A stretch of 64,000 nt of DNA, taken from assembly GCF_009914755.1 (NCBI RefSeq), contig NC_060934.1, one strand, 5' to 3'. Shown one piece after another: positions 1-17,901 of the stretch (positions within the stretch are counted from its first letter, which is position 1; every line of letters begins with the position of its first letter). The notes under the pieces are model-generated. The model was not told where the DNA came from, did no database searches, and saw only the letters and a list, made by a program, of their open reading frames with translations. Source of the stretch: the human T2T-CHM13v2.0 reference genome, Homo sapiens. Made by a program: the position numbers and the translations under genes.

Positions 1-363
1 TCACTTACTAGAGAAAACTAGAGTTAAGTTTGTCTATTTTACTTTTTGAATGATTAATTTTTTTAATTTTTAAAGAAAATTTAAAAGGAAACAAACATGT
101 TTGTATGACCATGAAGAAAATTAATGTATGATTTTCCAAAAATTTCCTTTAATTTCTTTGGAGATTATTTTTGGCCATTTTAGATCAGGATACAATCTGG
201 AAAAAGATTTTAATAAATTGAATAACATGCTTCTGTTGTCAATTTTCTTATTACATCCCAGCATTAAAGAATTTGAAAGGAAAATACTTAAAAGTACTGT
301 ATTGATCTTGATGTTGCTTAGAGATAGTGAAACTCATATTACTGGTAGAAATTCGTATAACGA

Positions 364-670
<307 letters not shown>

Positions 671-759
671 TTATATAATGAAATTAAAATATTTTTACTA
701 TTTTCTGTGACAGTGATTGATTATATACAGCCTAACCCCATTAAAATGTTTGAGCATGA

Positions 760-1009
760 TATATTAAATTTATAGTTCATTTCCCATCTAAGTATGGCTT
801 TAAGAACTTAATTGATAATTCCAGTTGCTCTGACCTCAGCAGAACATAGTTTCTGCATTTTCAAATTAATGAAAAACACCCTAAGAACCATAATGTCCCC
901 AGAAAGGTTGCCTAATTTGTCATTACTCTCAATAGAACACAAATTATGTAAAAGTCTTGATTATAACAACATAATTGGTAATTTACTTAAAAGAAGGCAA
1001 GAAAATTAA
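760..1009 (+). pseudogene. degenerate hAT transposase C-terminal dimerization domain
   Basis: Motif match as above, with in-frame stops just upstream, so not an intact CDS. Confidence 0.8.
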
Positions 1010-1447
1010 CTTTCATAAAATACATATAATTTATGAATTATGTATTTTTTTATTACTCATCCACATGTTGCCAGTCCATCAAAAGAACACCCAGACATAC
1101 ACAATAATAGTTCCATTCAGTCATCCTTGTTATTTTACCATAGCTTTACATACATTTTTTATTTTGTTATCATCTGAAGGTATGTTTGTCAAGGAAGGAG
1201 GATAGGAAGTGTGTTACTTAGCAGTTAGCTGTATGTATAACATTTAAATATTTAGACATACAAATGAGTCATTTTGCACTCTTGCTGCAAATGTTAGAAT
1301 TAGGCCTGGTGAGGAGGCCAGGGAGGTAAGAGGCCAGAGGACTGGAAGGGCCATCCGTGGGGATGTTAATGTTTCCCTCAAGACAATGAATGATGACAGG
1401 AGCTGGCATGGAGATTAAGGCCATCCAGGAACAAAAAAGAGGAGGTT

Positions 1448-1756
<309 letters not shown>

Positions 1757-2026
1757 GGCGGGGTTGATAATGACCAGGAGATTGCTTCTATGAGCAGGTG
1801 AGGTGGAAAACTTCAATGGTGGGAGCCTCAGCGGAAAGGGAAGGGAAGGATTGAAATGGAAGCAGTGTGGGAACAAGGAAGACACCAACACCACCTCCCT
1901 ATCAGAGGAATATGGGACATGAGAAAACAGTGTGCCCTTCAGAGGTCACAAGGGACGCAGTGCTCAGAGAACAGCTCAGGTTAAGGCAAGAACCTGCAGG
2001 GAATATTTCAAGCAAAAAATACATCA

Positions 2027-2341
<315 letters not shown>

Positions 2342-3567
2342 CTCAGAGGTGTATTAAAAGTCATTGCTTGTACTTTGGGTGATGAAACAACATCGAGTGG
2401 TCCAGGGTGTCCAATCCCAATGGAGTCTTAGAGGAAGAGGGTACCTGGGCCTAACACAGTTTAGCTGTGGCCTGCAAGGGAGGCCCTTCCTGGCACTGAA
2501 ATGTAGGACTGGATCTCCACTGTCAGCCATCACTGCCAGGTGCCATAGGCAGATCTGATGTTGGCAGCTGTGAGCAACAAGACACCTGGTTATTCGATCT
2601 TGGCACCAACACTCTCAATGGATTAACCCTGGGTAGAGGCCAGGGTGCCTTTTGAAGGCCACAGTAATCATCCAGGAGGAGTTGGTATCTATCTTGTCAT
2701 ATTTAAGAGGCAGCAGATACAAATGAGTCTCCACTTCACTTGTTTCACACACAGTCAGCTCTTTCATACATCATACCTCAAATTGCCTTTCATACTCTAA
2801 ACCCAAACATCAGCTTTGGCACGGGGGTGCCTCCTGCTAGTCCACAGGTCAGTTTTGGCAGCAATCCTTTACGTATCTGGTCAATATTATATGTTTATAA
2901 AAATTGCATGTTTTGCCTCATTACTTCATAAAAATGAGTAGAAAATGGAAAACTGGATGATCTGATACCAGTGATTAAGAAAAAAAGCTATAAAGTTAAT
3001 CCAATTTAGACACAGATAGAAACCATTAGGAGGAGGCAAGCAGGCATTCTAATCTCTATCCATCATTCATGGGACTTCAGCCGGTCATTCACGTGTTTAA
3101 TTGCAACGTAAAGAACAAAATTAAGTTCAAAAGGCAACAAAGTACTATCAAGGACTGTTGGAAAGGACAATTGTAATTGAGGATTTTATAATATTTTTAG
3201 CTTTATGAGAACCGTTCAGTTGTCCCAACATTTTGAGAGGCATGTTTTGTAAGGAAACAGAGGCCTTCCTGTGCAGTCATCAGAGATTCAGTATCTCCGA
3301 GGTGAGAGTTTAAGCATCATCCTCAAGGTTTGAAAATGGGAAGGTCATTGACGTGGTTGTATAATTCTAAGTCAGGGAAGGCATCTGATAGCTGTTGTAA
3401 AGCGACTGGGTGCCTGGCCCATACCAGGGGCTTTTTCATCCGGCCTGGGCTGCCTTTCCTCTAGACTAGAACTCCCCTTAAAACCAGTGCTGAGGAGCCT
3501 GAGGGTGAGGATGGCCACAGCATTATACAGCTTTTCCATGTGGAAAAGAGCACCATGCCTAATAACA

Positions 3568-4383
3568 CAGTCATATGTTACTTAATGATGGTAATGCATT
3601 CTGAGAAAGGGGTTGTTAGGCAATTTTGTTGTTGTGGGAACATCATAGAGTATACAAACCTCAACAGCACAGCCTACTACACACCTAGGTTATATGGCAT
3701 AGCCTGTTGCTCCCAGGCAACAAACCTGTACAGCACGTGACTGTACTGAGTACTGTAGGCAACTGGAACATGTTGTGGATCTAAACATACCTAAACATTG
3801 AAAAGGTACAGCCAAAAAATATGGTATAAAAGATAAAAATGGTATACTTGCATAGGGCACTTACCACGAATGGAGCTTACAGGGCTGGAAGTTGCTCTGG
3901 GTGAGTCAGTGAGTGAGTGGTGAGTGACTGTGAAGGCCTAGGACACTGCTGTGCACTACTGTAGACTTTACAAACACAGTACACTTAACACTAAATTTAT
4001 TTTTAAACATTTCTTTCTCCAATAAGTTAACCTTAGCTTACTTTAACTTTTCTACTTTCTAAGCTTTTTAATTTTTTAACTTTTTGACTCTTTTGTAATA
4101 ACACTTAGCTTAAAACACACGTTGTCCAGCTATACAAAAATATTTTCTTTCCTTATATCCTATAAGAAAACTTTTTTCTATTTTAAAATTAATTTTTTAC
4201 TTTTTAAACTTTTTTGTTAAAAACTAAGACACAAACACACATTAGCTGGGCCTACACAGGGTCAGGATCATTAAGACATCACTAGATGACAGGAATTTTT
4301 CAGCTCCATTATAATCTTTTGGGACTCCCATCACGCATATGGTCCGTCGCGGACCAAAACATCCTTTATGTGGTGCATGACTA
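3568..4383 (-). mobile_element. Tigger3 (Tigger3b-like) TcMar-Tigger non-autonomous element
   Basis: TIR-like ends CAGTCAT.../...CATGACTA followed by TA. The right end is the reverse complement of the recalled Tigger3 start (CCCATAAGATTATAATGGAGCTGAAAAATTCCT). Confidence 0.85.
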
Positions 4384-4449
4384 TATCAGTAATATTAAGG
4401 CTACTACTAACAGTGATATTAATGGCAAACATTCACTGCATGTTAACTG

Positions 4450-5372
<923 letters not shown>

Positions 5373-5376
5373 ACTG

Positions 5377-5500
5377 CATGCAAGACACTGCGCTAAGCAT
5401 TTTCTATGGATTATCTTATTTAATCCTCACTAGAACCCTGTGAGGTAGAGTTTTTACAGCTGAGGAAGCTGAGGCTAAGAGAGCATAAGGAAAGTCCCAC
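5377..5500 (-). mobile_element. MIR
   Basis: TTTAATCCTCAC...TTTTACAGCTGAGGAAGCTGAGGC core. Confidence 0.75.
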
Positions 5501-5984
5501 AGTGAGAGGTAGGAGGAGCTGGAATGTAAGTAGGTGTCCCCCGCACTCCATTCTGGAGGTGTCCACAGATGGCCCAGAGGGATGCACATGCCCTGGAGAA
5601 ACGAAGATGGCTGGCCAGCAGGAGGATGGTCAGTTCCAGAGCCAGCCTGGGTAATAGGACAAGAGCATTTAGGTCAGACAGATAACACTTACCTCTGAGA
5701 ACTGCTGGGAGAGTTCCCTCAGGTGCTGAGGGCCTGTCTCCTTCTTCCTGATACCCTCTTTCCAAGAGGCACCTCTCTCAATATTCCCCAGAGACAATGG
5801 AGGTGGGTGTGGGAGGGCTTGGCCACTCCCTAGCCATTTGTACTTTTCTCTTCTTCCCATCAGCTAACCTCCTTCTTCATCTTTAAAAGGTCTTCTCTTT
5901 CTCCTCTTTTTACCATCCTTTTTCCCCACCTAACTATGCCTTATACTGCCAACACTACCTAAAAGCAATGCTAAAGCTTATCCC

Positions 5985-6859
5985 TGTAAACCGAAAATAA
6001 AATTCTAAGCCCCACAACCAAATTGAATGGACCCGTCCTCTCAGCCAAGGGGATTTCAAAGAAACCTGAAAAACTAGTTCAGGCCATGATGGGAGGAGGG
6101 CGTTGAACATGCCTCATTATACTCTCCTCCCTTTGGCATATCAGGCACAACTGACCAGCATTAACATTAAAACAGAGATCTGAAGACAGTCAGAACAGAC
6201 TGTAGCAATAAGATACCGAATCCCCACCTGACTCTAGTACAGCATCACATGACAGCAGGCCCTGAAAAAATTCAAAGTATTTTACCCCAATATATATTTA
6301 TTTGACATAATCTGATATGGCCTGGCAAATATCTCTTTTGTGGGAAAAATTTACTGTCTATAGAGAATCCCCTTCCTTTTTCAGGTCTTCTTCTGATCCC
6401 GAAAAGACTGGCTGAGAGGCCAGCACCTTTTGAGGGTCTGAATAGGAAACACTTGCCATCTATTCCCTCTAAGGGCTGCCACCTATGAGACTTCATCTAC
6501 ATAATAAGAACCTTGATGTCCACAACCATTTATCTTAACCCAGACACTACTTTCTATTGATTCCAAGTCTTTAGATAATAGCATACCTCTCTCAAGCCAA
6601 TCAGAAAATCTTTGAATCCACCTGTAAGCCCCCAACTTTGAGTTGTCCCACCTTTCTGGGCAGAACCAATGTGTACCTTACATGTATTGATTGATGATGT
6701 CTTATGTCTCCCTAAAAGGTATAAAACAAAGCTATAACCCAACCGCTTTGGACACAGGTTCTCAGGACCTCTAAGACTGTGTTATGAGTCATGGTCCTTA
6801 CACCTCGCTCAGAATAAATCTCTTCAAATATTTTACAGAGTTTGGCTTCTTTGCCAATA
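5985..6859 (+). mobile_element. MER4-family ERV1 solo LTR (MER4D-like)
   Basis: Starts TGTAAACCGAAAATAAAATTCTAAGCCCC, ends AATAAATCTCTTCAAATATTTTACAGAGTTTG; near-TSD TCCC/GCCC. Confidence 0.8.
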
Positions 6860-6999
6860 GCCCTATGAAACATAGAGATGGCAGATATCTGATGGAGAGT
6901 CAAGAAGCAATTATTTGCAGCTGGATTTCTCTGATTATATTGCAGACTTGGGCTTGGCTCACCCAGACCTGCTGAGGATGTGGCCACACTAGTTCCAGG

Positions 7000-7520
7000 T
7001 GTGGACAGTTGGCAGCCTAGCAACAGCTACTCCCTGTCCCTATGGCCTCTGTGGATTTGCTGGCAGGCATCAGGCAACCATGATCTCCAGGAAAGATTCT
7101 ACAAGATGAATCTTGATTTGCTCAAGCCAATCACGGTGATTCCTTAGGCAGAGTGATTGACTTAAGAACAGGTCTGTGCTGCAATCATGGCCAAAGAGTC
7201 ATGAGAAGTCTACCAGAAGCTGAAGGGATACAAGAAGGAATGTTCTCTTCTTGGGGGGACGGGAAAGCTTGGGGCTGCAGGAACCATCATACAACCAGTC
7301 AGCGACTAGCGTGAGGATAGAAGCCAACATGCCAAAGTTGGCAGAGCAGGAAGATGGAATGAGTCCAGGTCCTTAAGGACATTATGAATGCAGATTAACC
7401 AACCCTGGAACTCTCTTATCTCCATGCTTCTTATTATGTTAGATGTTAAGTCCTCTTGAGGACTGAGCCATTTTCAGTTGGATCCTCCATTACAGGCAGC
7501 TGAAAACACCTGACCAAACA
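7000..7520 (+). mobile_element. old MLT1 (MaLR) LTR
   Basis: Degenerate MLT1J/K-like motifs and a 3' end GCAGCTGAAAACACCTGACCAAACA. Confidence 0.55.
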
Positions 7521-7684
7521 GCCCAGCAGCATCTGGGGACCCCTGCCACCAAGATATGTACCAGGTCTAAATCTGTACCACACTAGTGATGCCCTGTGAA
7601 CTTGAGTCCAGTTATTACCACCCCAGACCTGGGCAAAATCAAAGTGAATAAGTGGGAAATTATGAGCTTTCCTTGAGGCTGGGA

Positions 7685-7835
7685 AAAGTGTCAAAGCACT
7701 TTACAATCAAGCCTAATTGAAAACAACAGCTCTTTAATCTAAATTTACAACATAATCAGCCTTCTGGTTACCTAATTATAATTAAATTAGATTGGCAGTG
7801 TATTTCATATGTGCTAATTAAAAGCACCAAAAGAA
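7685..7835. promoter_or_regulatory. candidate enhancer: homeodomain (TAAT/ATTA) cluster with a P3 dimer site
   Basis: Apparently repeat-free AT-rich block containing TAATTG, TAATCT, TAATCA, three TAATTA, and TAAT-TAA-ATTA at 7779-7789. Confidence 0.45.
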
Positions 7836-7891
7836 AAAGCTGCATTTGGTAACTCCCATGTCTATACACTCCCTGCTACAGCCAAGAGTGA

Positions 7892-8320
<429 letters not shown>

Positions 8321-8863
8321 TGATTCCAATCAAAGGGATTCTTTCTGGGAAAGTGCTTGGCATTGCACAAAATGTCACCATTGATTAATTTTGCTTATTC
8401 TCGAACATAACTAAAATAATACAGTATGTACTTTTTGTGTGTGGTAAGAAGCCCAGTACATTTTTGAGGGCATTTCATTGCCAAAGAAAAGACAAGCCGA
8501 AACTAGGAAAGGTTTTGACTGTTCAAGCATTAAACAATCCTTGGGCCCCATGGATTGCACAGGCTTGAAGTTGGCTCTTTCTAAGTGGGGCAAACTCCCC
8601 AGCACTCACTTTAGATGTGGCCCAAGAAATAATGATCAAGGAGGAATCTCCCAAAGGGGGGGTCAGGGCCACCAAGAACAATGGATCAGGGTGCTCCTCC
8701 TAGGAGTCAGAATGGGGTTTAATGGAGGGACTCCATCAGTGGTCTCACCTCCCCAGTGTCTGCCCTTGCAGGATCTCACAATTGCTATAGCCAGGGGCTG
8801 CTGTCAGTCTGCCATTCTTCCCTTTCTGAATTCAAGTGTGTATTATTGTAGTCATGCTCTTCC

Positions 8864-9159
8864 TTTTTTTTTTGAGATGGAGTCTCACTCTGTCCCCCAG
8901 GCTGGAGTTGGAGTGCAGTGGCACGATCTTGGCTCACTGCAAACTCCATCTCCCGTTCAAGTGATTCTCGTGCCTCAGCCTCCCGAGTAGCTGGGACTAC
9001 AGGCGTGCACCACCACACCCAGCTAATTTTTGTATTTTTAGTAGAGACAGGGTCTCTTCATGTTGGCCAGGCTGGTCTTGAACTCCTAACTTCAAGTGAC
9101 GCATCTGCCTCAGCCTCCCAAAGTGTTGGGATTACAGGCGTGAGCCACTGCACCCAGCC
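8864..9159 (-). mobile_element. AluS
   Basis: Antisense full Alu with TSD GTAGTCATG(C/T)T(C/G)TTCCTT. Confidence 0.95.
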
Positions 9160-9164
9160 AGTAG

Positions 9165-9510
<346 letters not shown>

Positions 9511-9878
9511 ATCATGCTGTTTCTACTCTGCCTCTGTATGCTGGGTGTGGAGGTGGGGGCGGTGGGGAGTCATTTGGATAACTTGTGCTTTTAGTTTACG
9601 TGTCACCAAAGCAAGAGAAGTCGCATCCAAACTCAACAGAGGACTGCATATCCTCAGCTTTGAGCTGGATATGACCTAAGAGGTCTTTGAGATATTTCCT
9701 TTGGGGAGAAGGTTTGTATTCTGGGGACAGTGCGAGGCAGATATGTGCACACAGGTATTTAGCTGGTCACCAAAGATACATGACCCCCTTCTGGATTATG
9801 GGGTTATCATTAGGAAGCACCAGCTGTCCAGCCAGGGATAACATTGTCCAGCCCCCTTGCTACCTTTTTAAAAATTCA

Positions 9879-11395
<1,517 letters not shown>

Positions 11396-12258
11396 GCTTC
11401 CTTGGATTTTGGTGGGATCACGTGACTGAAAACCTGTTACTGCCGATTGCAAGTGAGCGGAGGGGATCTTTGTCACATTGGGGCACAATGCTTCCCACAG
11501 GCCTGGCCTAGGCATAGTTGACTGCAGAGGACTCCAGGGTTATACAGGAGGGAGGAGCCACAAGAAGGAAGGATGTACTTCCTGGATGAAGGCTGCCTGA
11601 ACACAAATAGCCACATTTATGGTACAAACAAGAAATAAACATGTGTTAAGCCACTGAGGTTTTCAGGCTTTCTCAGCCACTGCACCTCGTGTTATCTTAA
11701 CTAATGCATCACTCAAGTGCCATCACTCAATTCCCAGCTTCCTGGTGGAGTTCCACATATGTGGTCCATTCCTGCATCTCAACTTGCCTGTATCAGAAAC
11801 GATATTTGTCATTTCTATTTTTTTTCCCCCATTATTTCTATTCTAGGCAGGGATATGTTGGTTGCAAGGATCAGAAACTATTCAAACTAACTGAAGCAGA
11901 AGGCAGGGTTTATTATAAGACTACCGAGATCTCATGAATGCTGGAGGTAGAAAAACAAAATACCTCCAAGCCTCCTGCAAACGATCAGAGGCATAGCAAA
12001 GGGAAGTGAAGGGCAGAGAAGATGCATGTCCCTGAGTGCCAGTCAATGGGGATGCCACAAAGATAGAGGAGCGAACTTTCACCATTTTGGTTTTTGCATT
12101 GAGTTCCTATCTTTAGCTATGTTGAATATGAAACCTCTGGTTTGTTAGGTGTTTCGTATTAGCTTCCAGGAAAATTCTGGTCCCCGGACTCCATTTATCT
12201 CTCCACCCTAGGACAAGGATCCTTATCTCTTACCATAGAGAGCCAAAGCAAGTACTAC

Positions 12259-13013
<755 letters not shown>

Positions 13014-13319
13014 CTATCTCCACCTCCCCATCCAGGGCCCACGTGGTCTCTGGTCTCTGCTTCTCTCCTGCAACTGTTCCACACTCCGGATCTAGACCAT
13101 TATCTTCTGCCTGCTTCTCCTTTCCTGCACTCTACTCCCCACCGGAGATGGCCCAGCCCTTACATCTGAACATCCAGACCTCACTGGCTTCTTTCTGTCC
13201 TCTGAAATCTTAAGTTGTGCATGCTCCACTCCTATTTGTCACCTGGAATTTATTGCCTTGTATGGCTGGTTCCTTCCTTAGTGCATGTCTCTCATCTCAG
13301 GGCACAGGGCAGGGCCACA

Positions 13320-13575
13320 GTTTGATGCCCAGGTCAGAACCTGGTTCTACCATATGTCACCTTGTGATCTCAAACAAGTTATTTAATATCTCTGAGCCTT
13401 GGTTTCCTCATCTATAAAATGCATAGAATAATCAATGTACTAATTGTGTTTTTAAAAAATAAAAATAAAATGGGTAGAATAATGGTACTCACTGTTCTCA
13501 CAAGGATTTTTTTTTTTTTAAAGATAATGCAGGTAAAGTGCTTAATAGAGTACCTGATACACAGTAAGAGCTCCC
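13320..13575 (+). mobile_element. MIR
   Basis: CTCTGAGCCTTGGTTTCCTCATCTATAAAAT core. Confidence 0.75.
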
Positions 13576-13723
13576 AGTACCAATGGTTCCAACTCTCTCC
13601 TCAGTCTAGCAGGGGCTTAGTGAGTAGCAGATGTGATGATTGAGTCAGTCAGTGGTTCTTAGACTTCCAGATGATCAGACTCAGATGAGGAGTTTGGGGA
13701 AAGATTCCTGCCTCTTCCCCCTA

Positions 13724-13865
13724 TGCAACTGGGTCAGAATCCCAGAGTTGGGTTTGGGAATCTGAGATTCTAATTATCAGCCAGCTTTGACACCTGCAAC
13801 TGGGTCAGAATCCCAGGGTTGGGTTTGGGAATCTGAGATTCTTATTACCAGCCAGCTTTGACACA
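13724..13865 (+). repeat. 71-bp tandem duplication (2 copies) within a MER5A-like remnant
   Basis: TGCAACTGGGTCAGAATCCCAG...CAGCCAGCTTTGACAC occurs at 13724 and 13795 with about 3 mismatches. Confidence 0.9.
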
Positions 13866-16061
13866 CTCAGGGAGACTCTACCAGGCTGGGTGGGCCACCT
13901 CCAGTGGGAAATAGGGAGAAAGTGCCGACATCCACCTCAGTTGGGTCTTTCCGCAAGCAGTCACAGGAATTCCCCCTCACTCAAGTCCTTGTTCAGTATC
14001 GCTTCCTGGGAAGGTGGCTGTCTCCCTCCAAGCCCTTCCTAGTCCCTCATTGCACTTTTCACTCCCTGATCCTGGAGTGTGTGTTTATTTTTCATCATCT
14101 GTCTCTCCCACTGTTCGATGAGGGCAGAGACTTGTGCCCCTGGCAGTGTCTAACACATAGTATGTGGCAAGTACATTTGGCAAATAAAAGAATGAACCAG
14201 TCTCTGTTAACCCTTGCTTTCCCATCACTTCACAAGATCTTGGGCAGATTTCAGAGCTTTCGGATCCCTTTCCTTATTGACGCTCAGCCCCGTCTGGTTT
14301 AGAACTCTAATCTCTTATCTGACTCCAAGATGACCCCCTCCCCACCACAGTTGGGCTTGCAGCTACAGGGTTTTGCACAAGGTCAAGCAATCTGCCTTCC
14401 CGTCTTCCTCCTCTCTGACCTAGGGGTGGAGGGAAGTTTGGTCTGTCTCTGGGACAACCCTCCCCTTCTCTTCTCCAGCTTCTTAGCAGTAGGAGCTGGG
14501 AGCTGGAAATTCAGGATAAAGGACAGCAGTCTCCTAGTGTAGCTGTCATGTTGCAGTCTTCTCAGGGTTGGTGGGTGCTGCTTGCAGGGCTAACCCTTAC
14601 TGGGGGCAGCTTCCAGAGGCTGGTGCCTTGCGGGATGCAGACATGAGTTCACCTAGATCCAAGGCAGGCCTTCCATTGCCTGATTCCCTAACATGAGCAA
14701 CCTGGCTCCACTCCACCACACACCTGAGCTGTCTTCACTGGCAGTTACACCCACAACCTCTTGCTGCTGGGGGGTCCTTTTGCCTGGAGGCAGCCACCTT
14801 CCACCACGTACCTTGGACGCCTGGGAAACTCACACATATGGATGTTCAGGGCCACACATGGGTGGACAGGTGCCTGTCCCAGCCTGCTCTCTGCCCTCTT
14901 CTCCCCTGCTCAATGAGGCCCATCCAGAGATCGGTGCATCCAGAGATCAGCACGTCCAGGGCCTGGGCATTATCTGACCGGGATGGAGTACCAGGCTCTG
15001 CTTCCGCAGGGTACACCTGAGCCCTATAGGGATTCTTTTGCAATCTTCCCCCTTCATTGGGCTTAGAGGCATAATGAGGGGAACAGCCCCTCCTCCCACA
15101 TATACACCCTGGGGAGAAAAGGAAATTGCCCCTCTCCCACAAGGCCCAGTACAGTGACTTCCTCTCTTCATCAGTCTTGTGGACCCAGAACCACAGGGCA
15201 AGTCCCAGTGTACAGGCAGTCCAACAACCAAGCACTTCTTTATCTTCTGATCAAAGCTTCCAGCTTAGAGACTCCGCCAAGTACAACGAGCCCATGGGCC
15301 TTGTGAAAGCCAGGCTCCTAATACAGCGATAGAAACATAATTATTGTTTCCTCCTCCCTCCATTCCTTCCTCCTCCCTCCATTCCTTCTTTTTTCAATTC
15401 TCCTAGTGGCTAAAGGACTATAAACTGAATTGTTGCATATGACTTCCAGGAAGTGGTTCTGAAAGAAGAAGGCAGGAATTTCGCCTTCTTCCTTATGGCT
15501 ACAAGGTAGACATGATGGCAGGAGCTGCAGCAACTATCTTGGGCTATAAAGTAGAGACTCTAATATGGGTGCCAGAGCAGTGTAGTAGAAGGAGTTTCTG
15601 ACAATCATAGAACTGCTTTTCCAACCCTAGGCTGCCTGCCTCTGGTTCATTTACACGAGAAAGAAACATACTTTATCTTGTAATACCACTCTTTTCAAGC
15701 TTTCTGCCTCTCACAGCCAAATCTCATCTGCTAGCCTTGCTCTTGAACTTGAGGCCTGCTCCTTTTTGGAAAAATTATTTTCTTGAAATAATCAGAACTG
15801 AAAGATAAATGGAAAGGAAATGACTTTTGCATTATAATTTAATATTTTTTAAATGTGCTTGTGCATGACTTAAATTATCTCTCCTACCACAGGTGGTACC
15901 TACCTCATGCTTTAGAAAAACCTCACAGGTTTCAAAGTCAGTTGAACCCAAGTTAGAATTTAGTTTCTAAGATTTACTGCTGTGTAACCATGAGTAAGTT
16001 ACCCAACATTCCTAAACTTTAGTTTTGCTTTATTAAATAAAAATTAAAATATCTTTCTTCA

Positions 16062-16379
<318 letters not shown>

Positions 16380-17901
16380 TTATTATACATCTGCTATTTG
16401 CATGATATTATGCTGAAGATATGGAGAAAAAGACAGGTAAGACTTTGACCTTCATGGAGCTTGAAGCCCAATGGGGAAGAGATGAGAAAGAAAGCAAATA
16501 AATACACGAAATCATCACAACAAATAGTATACTGTAATGGAGAATAACAGCATGGGAACACTTGGAACTGGGAGCTCATTCCCTTCAAGGACTGAAAGAA
16601 TAACCTTATGTAAAGCTCTGAGCACACTAGCCAGTTACATGACAGTCCTCTTCTAGAAGCTGCCAGACCTGCTCCCTTCAGACTGGGGCCTGCCGTAAAC
16701 AAAGCCCAAGTGGCCCAGCATGCACCCTGTGCGTAGACCCTACGCAGCCAATCCAATCTGTGCTGCTTCTGTCCATCTGAAGATGGATGCAGGTCAGGAT
16801 GGACAGACAGAAGGCCGTACACAGAATGCCACCAGGGAAAGCTATTGGCTGCAGAAGCCCTGCCTAGTACAGACTCTCTACTGAGCTGGCTTTGTTCCTT
16901 TGCATAATGGGCACCACCTGGGTCCCAGGGAATGCAACTGGCATCAATTAGTTCTCATAGAGCCCAAGCTGGAGCACAGCCTGGCTCTCCTCCTAGGTAC
17001 TGGCTCTGGAAGCAGCCAGCTCCTGGTCTGCGTCTTTTACTCCTAATGACCTCCATTGGTGACCTCTTCCCAATCAAGCAGGGCCCACTAGGCACACAGC
17101 TGCCACCATGATGAGAAACCTGGTTCTCAGAGCTAAATGATCAGACCCCAGCCACCACTGTATGCCTGGAGGGGCCCGATGAACTAAGGACAACTTAAGC
17201 AACAGAGGGACTCTGAAAATTCTGTTTCTGGCTTTTATTCTCAGAATTTCATTCCATATAGAGGGACAGGCAGTCTAGAATTGGTGGTATTGCACAGCAC
17301 CTAAGTGGCTACTATGCAGGCAGACAGGCAGGATGGGAGAGACCCAGTCCCTATCCAGCTGTTTCCAGTGGTCTAATCTCGGGCAAGGGACTTAACTTCC
17401 CTAAGCTTTGGTTGCCCCATCTTAAAATGGGCATGAAAATCATAGTACCTACCTCATGTTTTGGGCAAAGGATTAAGTGCAAGAATCCATGTAAACATAT
17501 TTAGGAACTGTTCAGTGTGTGTTTGCTATGATTTATCTTCTTCATTTACTCAATAAATGTTTTTGAGCATCTAATATGTGCTAGGCCCTATTCTAGGCTC
17601 TGGAAATGTCACACATCTGATGAACATCCATTTGTTAGGCTACAAGGCATTTAAACCGGGCAAGAGTTTGTGATGTACCTGCCCCACTGTATGACTTGGC
17701 TTTTTCTCCATAACCACCCAGAAACTCAGTGGCTTCAAGCAACAGATGTTTCTGCTTTCTCATGACTCTATGGGTGATCCGAGCAATTCTTGTGTTCTGG
17801 ACCAGGTTAGCCAGAGGTGGGTGGTCCAGGATGATACATGGGTCCTGGGCCTCAGTTGGGATGTTTGCAGCCACCTTCCCCATGGTTTCTTAACCTACAA
17901 G

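Noticed and set aside
7763-7771. Shared 9-mer TCTGGTTAC next to TAATTA here and at 63740-63748
   Set aside because: A shared 9-mer between two blocks of a few hundred bp is plausible by chance.
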